DNA of 64,000 nucleotides from an uncultured Mycoplasmatota bacterium (GTDB lineage Bacteria; Bacillota_I; Bacilli_A; RF39; UBA660): NCBI GenBank assembly GCA_900552495.1, contig URZY01000005.1, positions 55,030 to 119,029 of the forward strand, read 5' to 3'. Shown piece by piece: positions 16,624 to 26,212 of this stretch (position 1 is its first letter; each line of letters starts with the position of its first letter). The notes under the pieces were generated by a model. It saw only the letters and a program-made list of their open reading frames with translations, ran no database searches and was not told where the DNA came from. The position numbers and the translations under genes were made by a program.

Positions 16624-17049
16624 TTAACGTTTTGAGAATTGTGGCGCACGACGTGCTTTTTTAAGACCTGGTTTCTTACGTTCTTTCTTACGAGAATCTC
16701 TTGTAATAAATCCAGCAACTTTTAACGTTTTTCTAAAACTATTCTCTGAATCAGCTGGAGTTGTCTTATCGTAATCTAATAATGCTTTTGTAATAGCGTG
16801 GCGAATAGCACCAGTTTGTCCTGAGAAACCTCCACCTTTTACTTTTGCATCTACGTCAAACATATCTCTTGTATTTGTAATATCAAGTGGTTGACATAAG
16901 TCCATTACTAATACTTCGAAAGGTAAATAGTCATGAACATCTTTACCATTTACAGTAATCTTTCCTGTACCTGGAGTTAATGTAACACGAGCTACACTAG
17001 TTTTTCTATGTCCAGTTCCAGTATAAACATTTTTCTTTTCTTTTGCCAT
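16624..17049 (-). CDS. rpsI: 30S ribosomal protein S9
   Basis: [19 protein letters not shown] and the C-terminus [12 protein letters not shown]. Confidence 0.9.
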   Translation of the reverse strand: MAKEKKNVYTGTGHRKTSVARVTLTPGTGKITVNGKDVHDYLPFEVLVMDLCQPLDITNTRDMFDVDAKVKGGGFSGQTGAIRHAITKALLDYDKTTPADSENSFRKTLKVAGFITRDSRKKERKKPGLKKARRAPQFSKR

Positions 17050-17062
17050 AACTTAAACCCTC

Positions 17063-17494
17063 CTACTTAACTTCAAGCACTTCTGGTTTTTGTGCTTGTT
17101 GTTTATGTTCATTTCCAGCGTATACGAATAACTTCTTATACATTTGTCTTCCTAGTCTATTATGTGGAAGCATACCTTTAACAGCTCTTTCCACCATTTC
17201 AACTGGATATTCTTCTCTCATTACTTTTGCAGTTCTTTCTCTTAATCCACCTTGATACATAGAGTGGTCATAGTACATTTTTTTCTCTAATTTATTTCCA
17301 GTTAGATTAACTTTTTGTGCATTAATAATGATGATATTATCTCCGCAATCAATATGTGGAGTATAAGTTGGTTTGTGCTTACCACGTAAGTATGTAGCTG
17401 CTAAGCTAGCAACACGTCCTAATGATTTTCCTTCAGCGTCAATTACATACCATTTACGTTCTACAGTTTCTTTTTTTTGCATATAACTTGTCAT
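17063..17494 (-). CDS. rplM: 50S ribosomal protein L13
   Basis: [19 protein letters not shown]. There is an RBS GGAG 7 nt upstream of the ATG. Confidence 0.9.
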   Translation of the reverse strand: MTSYMQKKETVERKWYVIDAEGKSLGRVASLAATYLRGKHKPTYTPHIDCGDNIIIINAQKVNLTGNKLEKKMYYDHSMYQGGLRERTAKVMREEYPVEMVERAVKGMLPHNRLGRQMYKKLFVYAGNEHKQQAQKPEVLEVK

Positions 17495-17569
17495 AATTTT
17501 CTCCTTTTACTTAAATCAGACTTTCCCAGGGTCTAATTTATGTGGGGATATTCGAATGTACCGATTATG

Positions 17570-17597
17570 ATTATACTAAAAAAAGTACTAAATTGCA
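17570..17597 (-). promoter_or_regulatory. Sigma-A-type promoter for rplM-rpsI (-35 TTGCAA, 16-17 nt spacer, -10 TATAAT), followed by a short structured leader (possible L13 leader)
   Basis: The minus strand reads TTGCAATTTAGTACTTTTTTTAGTATAAT. A roughly 70-nt leader with a GACCCUGGGAAAGUC hairpin precedes the RBS. Confidence 0.4.
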
Positions 17598-17651
17598 ATA
17601 CTTTTTTACTATTATTGTCTTATTTTTCAGTACTTTAGTTCATAATCTAAC

Positions 17652-18038
17652 TTATTTAGTATATGGCTTTTTTGCATCGCCTAGCTCACCAAGTGAATCC
17701 TTAGCTGTTTCTTCAAACATCATTTCTAATTCTAACATTCTATCTAAATCTTTAATACCATTATCAATTTCTTCTTCTGAGGCACATTCAACAATAGCCA
17801 TTTGGCTTTGAACATTACTAGTAACACGATGATATTCTAAATTTTGGTAAGTCGGAGCAACTGTTGTAGTAATAGAAGCTGCTACTGCGGTTCCCATTTT
17901 GAATGCATTTATATCGTATTCTTCTTCTCCAGTCTTTTCATTCTTGACAGTTTCTACAGATTTTAATGATGTTGTCGTAGGTGTAGTAAGTAAACCAACA
18001 CCTGTTATTGAAGTGGCTGTTCCTAATGTTTCTAACAT
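17652..18038 (-). CDS. Small acidic hypothetical protein (128 aa), paralog of the 115-aa protein at 19016..19363
   Basis: It has a shared architecture: a Thr/Ser/Ala-rich hydrophobic N-terminal half (GTAVAASITTTV) and an acidic C-terminal helix ECASEEEIDNGIKDLD. Confidence 0.4.
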   Translation of the reverse strand: MLETLGTATSITGVGLLTTPTTTSLKSVETVKNEKTGEEEYDINAFKMGTAVAASITTTVAPTYQNLEYHRVTSNVQSQMAIVECASEEEIDNGIKDLDRMLELEMMFEETAKDSLGELGDAKKPYTK

Positions 18039-18039
18039 A

Positions 18040-18951
18040 TTATTTTCCTCCTATTCTTTTAACTACTGGTTGAGTAGTACTTTGAGCTTCATTAGCCATT
18101 TTTTGAATTTCTAAATCAACTTGTTCTCTCAATGCTGCTGATGGTTGAGTTAACTCTTGAGTTTGAGTCGTTTCTATAGTTGCCTTAGAAGAACTGGTAG
18201 TTGGTCGTACACTTTCCAATTTCTTTTTTTTGTTAGCGGCTTGTCTTTCTAGAAGCATTTGTCTAAGTTGTCGTGCCTCTTCAGGCGTTTTAATATTTTC
18301 TATCATTTCCTGTAAGGTTGGCAGTTCTTTACTCTTATCAATGCTTCGCTGATAGGCTTCTGAAGCAGCCCCATAACTTTCCACTAGTCTTTTACTACGC
18401 GTTTCTTCTCTTTTCTTCAAAGATTTTTCTATAAGTTTATATCGATAAATATGACTATTTTGAATATTAACGCATTGAAAGTTTATAAAGGCCGATAGTG
18501 TCTCTAAAGCTAAGGCTGGGCCAAGTACGATTGGTGCGATACCTAGTGCTAAGCCACCGATTGTTCCAGTAACTAGAATGGCATCTTTTATTAATCCACG
18601 TTGATGAACCTTTTTATTCCAATTCAAATATTCAATTATTTCGGTTGGCTTATTTTCATCCATATGATAATTTCTATTTTGTTCTCGTTTTAGTTCCTTA
18701 CGCCAATCTATTATAAGTCGTCTATACTTTTCAAGAATTTGATCTCTTTCTTTTTGAGTCTTAGCTTTTTTTAAAGCTTTATCACGGCTTTTACGACAAT
18801 GTTTTTCATATCTTGTTTGTAGAGATGGAAAAATATCTTTTAGAACTTTGAACTTTAATTCTTCCATCTTTAAAACAATCGGTTGAAATTTACTGGCTCC
18901 AAGTTTATCACAAAGAGCAATTTTTCTTTTTAATTCCTCTTTTGTTTCCAT
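18040..18951 (-). CDS. Hypothetical coiled-coil protein (303 aa) with a central Gly-zipper transmembrane hairpin
   Basis: Lys/Glu/Arg-rich predicted coiled coils flank GTIGGLALGIAPIVLGPALALETL. Its stop lies 1 nt from the start of the downstream 128-aa gene. Confidence 0.4.
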   Translation of the reverse strand: METKEELKRKIALCDKLGASKFQPIVLKMEELKFKVLKDIFPSLQTRYEKHCRKSRDKALKKAKTQKERDQILEKYRRLIIDWRKELKREQNRNYHMDENKPTEIIEYLNWNKKVHQRGLIKDAILVTGTIGGLALGIAPIVLGPALALETLSAFINFQCVNIQNSHIYRYKLIEKSLKKREETRSKRLVESYGAASEAYQRSIDKSKELPTLQEMIENIKTPEEARQLRQMLLERQAANKKKKLESVRPTTSSSKATIETTQTQELTQPSAALREQVDLEIQKMANEAQSTTQPVVKRIGGK

Positions 18952-19015
18952 TATAATCCCCCACTACTCTTCGAATGGCTCTTATTATATCATAAAAGAT
19001 TAAAAAAAGCAACTT

Positions 19016-19363
19016 TTATTGTTGCTTATTGGCTTTGACTAGCGTTTTAGCAGTAGTAATAGCTGTTGATGGCTCATTTAAACTTGCTACTTGATGGTCG
19101 AATTCTTGTTCCTTATCTTCTAAAAGTTCTATTCCTTTAGCTAATTCTTCATCAGACATTGTTTCTACATATGAACTTAATTGATTAACCATATAAACCT
19201 TTGGAACTTCTATATTATCTAACAAAGTTAAAACGGAGCAAACCGCACTTGTAGAAACTGTATCTTCATCACAAGTTTCAGATGTTGTATATAAACTAGC
19301 AGCAACAGTTGTGGTATCTAGGCTGTTGGCTATAATTGTATCTAATAAAGTCATTTTGATCAC
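19016..19363 (-). CDS. Small acidic hypothetical protein (115 aa), paralog of the 128-aa protein at 17652..18038
   Basis: TTTVAASLYTTSETC ... ETMSDEELAKGIELLED parallels GTAVAASITTTV ... ECASEEEIDNGIKDLD in the 128-aa protein. Confidence 0.4.
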   Translation of the reverse strand: MIKMTLLDTIIANSLDTTTVAASLYTTSETCDEDTVSTSAVCSVLTLLDNIEVPKVYMVNQLSSYVETMSDEELAKGIELLEDKEQEFDHQVASLNEPSTAITTAKTLVKANKQQ

Positions 19364-19407
19364 CTCATGTTTCGTATTGCTTACTTATTATACTGTTTTA
19401 TCTGAAA

Positions 19408-20163
19408 TTAAGCAATAATATTTTTGAGATTTTTGTATGTTACATTAGTTAAATAAAGGCCAACGGCTGGAGCGGTCTTTCCAGAAGTAGTTCGATCTTT
19501 ACTTTCTAATATTTTTTCCACATCCGCTGTGGATATTTTGTTTTCACCTACTTTTATTAAGATACCAACCATATTTCTTATTTGGTAACGTAGAAATCCA
19601 TTGCCTTTAAAAGTTATAATTAGCTTATTATTTTGCTCTTTAATTGATGTAGCCGTGATGGTGCGGATACAATTTTCTTTTTCTTTATTTTCTGTTACAA
19701 AGGCTCTAAAGTCATGAGTACCTTCAAAAACTTTAATAGCAGATTGCATGGCGCTGACATCTAGTTTGTAATTATATTGAAAGACATAATTTCTTTCTAG
19801 AGGATTATACTCACCTAGATTAATATAGTATTTATATTCCTTTGAAGTTACATTATATCTAGCATGAAAATCATTGGGTACCTTATAGGTATTAATAATA
19901 TGAATATCAGCAGGAAGATTGCTATTTAGGGCTCTTTTTAATTTATATTCGGTAATATCAACATCTAGATCGGCATGGGCATATTGACATAGAGCATGAA
20001 CACCTTTATCCGTTCTACCAGTAGCAGTAATAGCTGTTTTTTTGTTGTTATTAATAATCTGAAGAGCATTTTCTAGTCGTTCTTGAATTGTATCTAAATT
20101 AGGTTGATATTGGTAACCACTATAATTTGTTCCATCATAAGAGAACTTAATTAAAAATCGCAT
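19408..20163 (-). CDS. truA: tRNA pseudouridine(38-40) synthase TruA
   Basis: TGRTDKGVHA catalytic Asp motif; 251 aa. Confidence 0.85.
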   Translation of the reverse strand: MRFLIKFSYDGTNYSGYQYQPNLDTIQERLENALQIINNNKKTAITATGRTDKGVHALCQYAHADLDVDITEYKLKRALNSNLPADIHIINTYKVPNDFHARYNVTSKEYKYYINLGEYNPLERNYVFQYNYKLDVSAMQSAIKVFEGTHDFRAFVTENKEKENCIRTITATSIKEQNNKLIITFKGNGFLRYQIRNMVGILIKVGENKISTADVEKILESKDRTTSGKTAPAVGLYLTNVTYKNLKNIIA

Positions 20164-20174
20164 ATAGCACCTCC

Positions 20175-20960
20175 TTATATATGTTTATAAATATCTTTTA
20201 TAATATCTCTGATATCTTTATGATACTCTATCTTAATGGCTTTTTTCTTTTTAGCAGTATAAGTAAATTCAACTATATCTGGTATTTCGAATTTATTTCT
20301 TTTTAAATAATCGACTCTAAGATATACATCGTTAGTTGGACCTACTAAAAAGATATTTTCATTTTTTATAAAAATCATTTCAGTTGTATATTTATATAAA
20401 ATATTACTGTCTATACTTACAATGAGAATTGTCTTTTTAAACTGGTCTTTTAAGCGTTGTAGTAACATTAAAACTTTTTTTTCATTATGTTTATCTAATT
20501 CTTTAAATGGTTCAACTAGTATTAGTAGTGAGGGATTTGATAGAAGAGAAATTGCTATTTGGAGAAGTTTTTTTTCGGATGCGGATAAGGTATATAAAGA
20601 TCTCGACAAAATCTCTTCTTTTAAATCTACTATTTTTAGGGAGTCGCGTATTTTTTTATCGGGATCTTTAATTGTTAAATTATTTCTTTTTATGTGAGCA
20701 GTCATTAAAGTTAAAACTGTTGGCTCCTTGACAATTAGGTGATCTTCTATTAAAGAAATACGACGTCTATATTCATAAATGTTATCTTTAGTTACTTTGA
20801 TATCATCTATAAACAACTGTCCTTTATATAGGTATTTTAAAGAGATTAAATCAATAATTCCATTCAGATTAGTACCTGTCAAGCCAGTAATTGTTTCTTT
20901 TTTTATGGAAAAGCTAAGATATTTTTCCTTATATAAATAGTTTAGAAAATTTAGTTCCAT
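20175..20960 (-). CDS. Highly degenerate ABC-ATPase-like protein (no Walker A Lys; LSASEKKLL / LILVEP remnants) at the ecfA2-equivalent position
   Basis: GLTGTNLNG replaces GxxGxGKS/T. The signature motif is LSASEKK instead of LSGGQ, and Walker B is LILVEP. Confidence 0.45.
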   Translation of the reverse strand: MELNFLNYLYKEKYLSFSIKKETITGLTGTNLNGIIDLISLKYLYKGQLFIDDIKVTKDNIYEYRRRISLIEDHLIVKEPTVLTLMTAHIKRNNLTIKDPDKKIRDSLKIVDLKEEILSRSLYTLSASEKKLLQIAISLLSNPSLLILVEPFKELDKHNEKKVLMLLQRLKDQFKKTILIVSIDSNILYKYTTEMIFIKNENIFLVGPTNDVYLRVDYLKRNKFEIPDIVEFTYTAKKKKAIKIEYHKDIRDIIKDIYKHI

Positions 20961-21745
20961 AAAGTATCCACCATCCGATCAATATCCAATTCCGTTTTTT
21001 TAAGCAGATCATAATCTCTTAATTTTACTGATAAATCGAGCATAAATGGGAGCTCAAGACCAACTTTATTTAAAATGTTATCCTTTTCTAGGACGGATAG
21101 AGGTTCTCCTTCTAAAACTATTTCACTATTATTTAAAACATATATATAATCAGTATTAATAGTTATATTGAGATTAATTGTAGCCATAATAATTGTTATT
21201 TTTGATTCAATTCTTATTTTGTTTAAAATATCTAATAATTCTAGTAAATCTTTTCTTGAGAAATAGGTACTTAAATCATCAAGTAAGAGTATTTTAGGAG
21301 GAACAATTGTTGCTAGTGCTAATTGGAGTTTAATTGTCTCTTCTACTGATAGTTCTCTTAGATTTTTACTTTTAATTTTAGTTAGCTTAAATTGTTTTAA
21401 AATTTTTTTTAAAATTTTTTGTTTCAAGTCAATATTAAGACCCAATGGTAATTTGTATATAAGTTCTTCTTCTACTGTTACTTGAGTAAAAGTTATCTCC
21501 AGTGGAATAACAGTTTGAATTATGTTGTTTACTTCTGTGATTTTATAATCTTCTAATTTTTTTCCATATAACAGTATAGTATTAGTGGTTTTGAACGTTC
21601 CGTCTATAATTCTAATTAGTGTCGTCTTACCACAATTATTTGGACCTGTAATAGCTAAAAAACTTTTATCTGCAAAAGCTATACTAAAATCTTTAAAGAT
21701 ATTTTTATAATTTAAGCCTAATATTTCTAAACAATTGTTATTCAT
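20951..21745 (-). CDS. ABC-ATPase-like protein (EcfA-like position) with an intact Walker A but an altered signature and Walker B
   Basis: GPNNCGKTTL is present. The signature motif is LSVEETIKL instead of LSGGQ, and Walker B is ILLLDDL with the catalytic Glu missing. It overlaps the downstream paralog by 10 nt. Confidence 0.5.
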   Translation of the reverse strand: MNNNCLEILGLNYKNIFKDFSIAFADKSFLAITGPNNCGKTTLIRIIDGTFKTTNTILLYGKKLEDYKITEVNNIIQTVIPLEITFTQVTVEEELIYKLPLGLNIDLKQKILKKILKQFKLTKIKSKNLRELSVEETIKLQLALATIVPPKILLLDDLSTYFSRKDLLELLDILNKIRIESKITIIMATINLNITINTDYIYVLNNSEIVLEGEPLSVLEKDNILNKVGLELPFMLDLSVKLRDYDLLKKTELDIDRMVDTLWN

Positions 21746-21768
21746 AACCTAACCCTCCCTAGTATTGA

Positions 21769-22521
21769 TTATTTTGTTTTTTTCTTCTGGATACGGTAAG
21801 CTATTCTTAAAAGGAATTTATCTGATACAAAACGACCAAAAAATTTAGCGCATTTCATAGTAAAACCAGGAATAATCAACATTTTCTTTTTAAACATAGA
21901 ATCTATTGCGTATTTAGCAACATAACTACTTTTTAGTGGCTTAACACCAAATTTAACTCCTGCAACATTATTAAAATTTGTTGCTACTGGTCCTGGACAA
22001 AGTACACTAATATGTACCTTTGAGCCTTTTTTCTTTTGCTCATAATAAAGGGCTTCTGTTAGCTGATAAACATAAGATTTTGTGGCATAATAAGTAGCCA
22101 TTAGTGGTCCTGGCTGAAATGCAGCTGATGAGGCAACATTTAAGATATAACCATAATTATTTTTTTCCATATCTTTTAAAAATGATTTGGTAAGAATATG
22201 TACGGCTCGGATGTTGGTATCAATCATTTCCATTTCCTTATTTAAATCGGTTTCAGTAAAGTTACCAAAGGCCCCAAAACCGGCATTGTTTATTAAAATA
22301 TCAATATTTTCTTTTTTTAATAATACGTATAATTCTTTAACTTTTTGTTCGTTTGCTAAATCAGCAACAATAATGGTTACTTTCGTTGGAAGTGACTCTT
22401 GAATATCTTCTAACTTTTTTTTATCTCTAGCTACAAGAATAAGCTCATATTTCATAGTTGCTAGGTAACGAGCCATATCTAGTCCAATCCCAGATGATGC
22501 TCCTGTAATTAATGCTTTCAT
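21769..22521 (-). CDS. Short-chain dehydrogenase/reductase (SDR) family oxidoreductase
   Basis: The cofactor motif ALITGASSGIG is present with NNAG and YxxxK (YYATKSY). Confidence 0.8.
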   Translation of the reverse strand: MKALITGASSGIGLDMARYLATMKYELILVARDKKKLEDIQESLPTKVTIIVADLANEQKVKELYVLLKKENIDILINNAGFGAFGNFTETDLNKEMEMIDTNIRAVHILTKSFLKDMEKNNYGYILNVASSAAFQPGPLMATYYATKSYVYQLTEALYYEQKKKGSKVHISVLCPGPVATNFNNVAGVKFGVKPLKSSYVAKYAIDSMFKKKMLIIPGFTMKCAKFFGRFVSDKFLLRIAYRIQKKKTK

Positions 22522-22533
22522 AAACTTCCTCCT

Positions 22534-23601
22534 TTATTTTTTTGTTTGTCTACTACTTGAAGATTCAGCATCGTATCTTTCCTTTAACTCTGCAAATTCT
22601 CTAAGCCCCGCTTGGGCACGAGCCAATTCAGCTTGAGCAAATTCTTGAAACATTTCATCCATTGCTTTATGATGTTTTCTATTTAGATCATCAAGAAATC
22701 TAATTTCCTGTAACTGTTTTTCTCTAGCGGCTGCTGAATCTTGATCTAACTTTTGTTGGAAACCGTTGGAATATATTAGAGTGGTATTATATAACTCGGT
22801 TGGCGATAGTGTTGCAAGTTGAAGAAGTTCAGGAACTTCTGGTAATTCAACTTCTCCTTGGGTAAATTCTTGATACATAAGTATACTACCAGCTGATGAG
22901 ACTATTCTTTGGATTGCTTCCTTAGTTGTTTCAAAGCTTAATTTGCCTTTAGCTCCATCTTTTTCTAGTTCATTAATTAATCCTTGATATATAGCTCTAT
23001 ATTTATCTCGTAATTCTTGGTTATCCATATACTCTTCGGCTGAAATATCTTCACTTTTTAATATATATTCTTTCAAGTCATTAAAAATTTCTTTATCTAA
23101 ACTTCTATTTTTATCCTTAGCAATTCTTAATAAGCGCCCCCTATTTTCGTCTGTTTGAAGAATAAAGCCTGAATAATTAACATTTTCTTGAATTTTCTTT
23201 CTTGTCTGGGAATCGGCATCTTTCTGGTGAAGAATTTCACTGAGTTCTAGCCAATCGGTATTTCTTTTTAATAAGGCTGTAGTTGCGGTATCAATATTTA
23301 TTTTTCCTTCACGACCAATTGCATCTTGTTGTCCAGTTCTAATCATGCCACGGATAAATTCGGCATATTCATTTCGATATTTAGCGGTCTGTTTGGCATT
23401 ACTTAAAAATACGTCTTCTGTTACTTCCCAGTGGTCAAGTATTGGCTTATAGGCCTTATAGACATAGTAATTTGTCATATCTAAATCTGTTGTTGTGGCA
23501 TTTATTTTCCCTGTTTTTGCTAAATGTAGTAAGACATAACCTACCCTTTCTTTTGTCTTTGGCATGTGAACTCTTATATTTCTTATTAAATTATTGGACA
23601 T
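22534..23601 (-). CDS. Hypothetical protein (about 355 aa) immediately downstream of rplQ
   Basis: The start was reassigned to MSNNLIRN (GGAG 9 nt upstream) to remove the overlap with rplQ. It has a Gln/Glu-rich C-terminal coiled coil and no recognisable domain. Confidence 0.4.
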   Translation of the reverse strand: MSNNLIRNIRVHMPKTKERVGYVLLHLAKTGKINATTTDLDMTNYYVYKAYKPILDHWEVTEDVFLSNAKQTAKYRNEYAEFIRGMIRTGQQDAIGREGKINIDTATTALLKRNTDWLELSEILHQKDADSQTRKKIQENVNYSGFILQTDENRGRLLRIAKDKNRSLDKEIFNDLKEYILKSEDISAEEYMDNQELRDKYRAIYQGLINELEKDGAKGKLSFETTKEAIQRIVSSAGSILMYQEFTQGEVELPEVPELLQLATLSPTELYNTTLIYSNGFQQKLDQDSAAAREKQLQEIRFLDDLNRKHHKAMDEMFQEFAQAELARAQAGLREFAELKERYDAESSSSRQTKK

Positions 23602-23683
23602 AAATGTCATCTCCTTTGTATATATTATATAATAAATTAACTCAAAATAAAAGACAGATGTCTCTGTCCTTATTTTGCTTTTT

Positions 23684-24037
23684 TTAGTTAGCTTCGTCAA
23701 CTAATTTTAAAATAACCATTAAAGCATCGTCTCCGCGTCTTTCTGCTATTTTTAAAATTTGTGTATATCCACCATTACGGTTTTCATAACGTTTAGCTAA
23801 ATCATTGAATATTTTATCAACAGCTGCTTTATCGTTATGTAAGAATGCTAATGCTTTACGACGAGAAACTAAATCACCTTTTTTTCCATAAGTAATCATT
23901 TTTTCAACAAACTTACGAACTTCTTTGGCTCTAGTTTCAGTAGTAGTGATACTTTCATTTTCAACTACTTGTTTAGTCAATGTTGCAAGCATACTTCTTC
24001 TATGTTTATTGTCTCTTCCTAATTTTCTATATGCCAT
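23684..24037 (-). CDS. rplQ: 50S ribosomal protein L17
   Basis: MAYRKLGR...TTETRAKE...GGYTQILK. Confidence 0.9.
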   Translation of the reverse strand: MAYRKLGRDNKHRRSMLATLTKQVVENESITTTETRAKEVRKFVEKMITYGKKGDLVSRRKALAFLHNDKAAVDKIFNDLAKRYENRNGGYTQILKIAERRGDDALMVILKLVDEAN

Positions 24038-24056
24038 AGTTATTCCTCCTTATATT

Positions 24057-25007
24057 TTAGTCTTCATCACGTAAGATTAGACCCATATCTCTAATTTTGT
24101 CTAATACTTCTTTTAGAGATTTTTTACCTAAATTACGTATTTTCATCATATCAGACTCGCTCTTATTAACAAGGTCTTGTAGAGTATGAATTCCTGCTCT
24201 CTTTAAACAGTTATATGCTCTTACAGAGAAGTCTAAATCTTCGATTGAAGTTTCTAAAGCTTTAACTTTTGGATCTTCAGTCTTTTCAATCATCATTCCA
24301 CTTACATCAGCAATTGCTGATAAATCTGTAAGAATAGTGAAATGTTCGATTAAAATTCTTGATGCTAAGGCAATTGCTTCTTCTGGTTTAATTGAACCAT
24401 TTGTCCATACATCTAATATTAACTTGTCATAACTTTCATCTTGTCCAACACGAGCGTTTCCTACCTCGTAAGATACTCTTTCAATTGGAGAATATAATGA
24501 GTCAATAGCTATAACTCCAGCCTTTTTAATATCATGTATCTTTTTATTATCTTCACTTCTTACATAGCCGCGACCATTTGTTACAGTCATCTCCATATTT
24601 AGTGAAGCTCCTTTTGATAATGTTGCAATAACTTTGTCTTTGTTAATTACTTCAATATCAGCATCACATTCGATATCTGCAGCTGTTACTTCTCCTTCTC
24701 TTGAAACATTAATACGTACAGTTTTTGTTTCATTTGAATGATTTTTAAATACTACACCTTTTAAGTTTAAAATGATAGTTGTTACATCTTCATACACTCC
24801 GTCAATTGTTTGAAATTCATGAAGAACACCATCAATTTTTACACTACTAATTGCGCTTCCAGGTAATGATGATAGCATTACTCTTCTTAGGGCATTACCG
24901 ATTGTAGTACCGAATCCTCTTTCTAATGGTTCTAATTCAAATCTTCCATAGAAATTACTTTCTATAGAATCAGTTATTTTATAAATTGGTTTTTCAAATT
25001 GTAACAT
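24057..25007 (-). CDS. rpoA: DNA-directed RNA polymerase alpha subunit
   Basis: 316 aa; the N-terminal domain LERGFGTTIGNALRRVMLSS is present with the C-terminal CTD. Confidence 0.9.
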   Translation of the reverse strand: MLQFEKPIYKITDSIESNFYGRFELEPLERGFGTTIGNALRRVMLSSLPGSAISSVKIDGVLHEFQTIDGVYEDVTTIILNLKGVVFKNHSNETKTVRINVSREGEVTAADIECDADIEVINKDKVIATLSKGASLNMEMTVTNGRGYVRSEDNKKIHDIKKAGVIAIDSLYSPIERVSYEVGNARVGQDESYDKLILDVWTNGSIKPEEAIALASRILIEHFTILTDLSAIADVSGMMIEKTEDPKVKALETSIEDLDFSVRAYNCLKRAGIHTLQDLVNKSESDMMKIRNLGKKSLKEVLDKIRDMGLILRDED

Positions 25008-25055
25008 GAAACTAACCTCCCTTTGTTTTTTGCCACTATACTTATCCTTTTATAA

Positions 25056-25439
25056 TTATCCACGAGGACGTTTTGGTGGACGACATCCGTTATGTGGAAT
25101 TGGTGTAACATCTGAAATTGCAGTTACTTCTAATCCTGCAGTTTGTAATGAACGAATAGCAGTCTCACGTCCTGGTCCTAAACCTTTAACACGAACTTCT
25201 ATTTTTCTCATTCCTGAATCAAATGCAACTTTTCCTGCTGCTTCAGCAGCCATTCCAGCAGCGAATGGAGTTGATTTTTTACTTCCTTTGAAACCGATAG
25301 CACCAGATGATGCCCAGCTAATTACATTACCATCTTTATCTGTGATAGTTGTAATTGTATTATTAAATGTTGAATGAATATGTGCTATTCCTTCAGGTAC
25401 ATTCTTCTTAACTTTCTTCTTTCTAGTTTTATAAGCCAT
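25056..25439 (-). CDS. rpsK: 30S ribosomal protein S11
   Basis: [12 protein letters not shown]...[10 protein letters not shown]. Confidence 0.9.
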   Translation of the reverse strand: MAYKTRKKKVKKNVPEGIAHIHSTFNNTITTITDKDGNVISWASSGAIGFKGSKKSTPFAAGMAAEAAGKVAFDSGMRKIEVRVKGLGPGRETAIRSLQTAGLEVTAISDVTPIPHNGCRPPKRPRG

Positions 25440-25477
25440 AAGTCTTACCTCCTTTTTTTAATTAACTAAGTTTTAAA

Positions 25478-25846
25478 CTAAACTTTCTTCTTGTTTGCTA
25501 CAACTTTTCCTTTACCCTTACGAGTACGAGCATTACGATTAGTTCTTTGTCCTCTTACAGGTAATCCTTTTTTATGACGTGTTCCTTCATATGAATTTAT
25601 TTCCATTTTTGTTTTAATATTCATACTTACTTCACGACGTAAATCTCCTTCAGTTAAATGTTTGTTGATTTCGTCACGAATTGCGATTAAGTCATCTTGA
25701 GATAAATCTTTAGTCTTAGTTGTTGGATCAATATTTACTTCCTTTAAAATTTGTTTTGCTAGACTTCTTCCAATTCCATAAATATAAGTTAATGAAATAC
25801 AAATATGTTTGTCATTTGGAATGTCTACACCTTTAATACGTGCCAT
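25478..25846 (-). CDS. rpsM: 30S ribosomal protein S13
   Basis: [13 protein letters not shown]...GIGRSLA. Confidence 0.9.
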   Translation of the reverse strand: MARIKGVDIPNDKHICISLTYIYGIGRSLAKQILKEVNIDPTTKTKDLSQDDLIAIRDEINKHLTEGDLRREVSMNIKTKMEINSYEGTRHKKGLPVRGQRTNRNARTRKGKGKVVANKKKV

Positions 25847-25863
25847 TTAGTACACCTCCTATA

Positions 25864-25977
25864 TTAACCTTGAACTTGTTTGTGTTTTGGATTTTCACAA
25901 ATTACTCTTATTTTTCCTTTGCGTTTAACAATTTTACATTTTTCGCAAATTGGTTTAACTGATGCTTTTACTTTCAT
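25864..25977 (-). CDS. rpmJ: 50S ribosomal protein L36 (not in the supplied ORF track; translated manually)
   Basis: The reverse complement encodes [37 protein letters not shown]. Confidence 0.85.
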   Translation of the reverse strand: MKVKASVKPICEKCKIVKRKGKIRVICENPKHKQVQG

Positions 25978-25992
25978 TTTTATTCCCTCCTA

Positions 25993-26208
25993 TTATTTAC
26001 GATAGGTAATACGCCCACGTGTTAAGTCATAAGGCGATAGTTCTATCATTACGGTATCTCCTGCTAAGATGCGAATATAATTCATTCGTATTTTACCAGA
26101 AACGTGAGCTTCCACAATGTGTCCATTTTCTAGTTGAACTTTGAATTTCCCGCCTGGGATTATTTCAAGAACTTTACCTTCAATTTCAATTGTATCTTCT
26201 TTAGCCAT
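25993..26208 (-). CDS. infA: Translation initiation factor IF-1
   Basis: [15 protein letters not shown]...S1-like; 71 aa. Confidence 0.9.
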   Translation of the reverse strand: MAKEDTIEIEGKVLEIIPGGKFKVQLENGHIVEAHVSGKIRMNYIRILAGDTVMIELSPYDLTRGRITYRK

Positions 26209-26212
26209 CTTT

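Noticed and set aside
16530-16718. 62-aa ORF overlapping the 3' end of rpsI and its terminator
   Set aside because: It overlaps the conserved rpsI C-terminus in another frame and includes the terminator hairpin, so it is unlikely to be coding.
17542-17811. 89-aa plus-strand ORF spanning the rplM promoter/leader region
   Set aside because: It covers the promoter and leader of rplM on the opposite strand and has a low-complexity translation.
25006-25377. 123-aa plus-strand ORF antisense to rpsK
   Set aside because: It is antisense to the highly conserved S11 gene, and its Pro/Ala-rich translation reflects the reverse frame of a GC-richer ribosomal gene.
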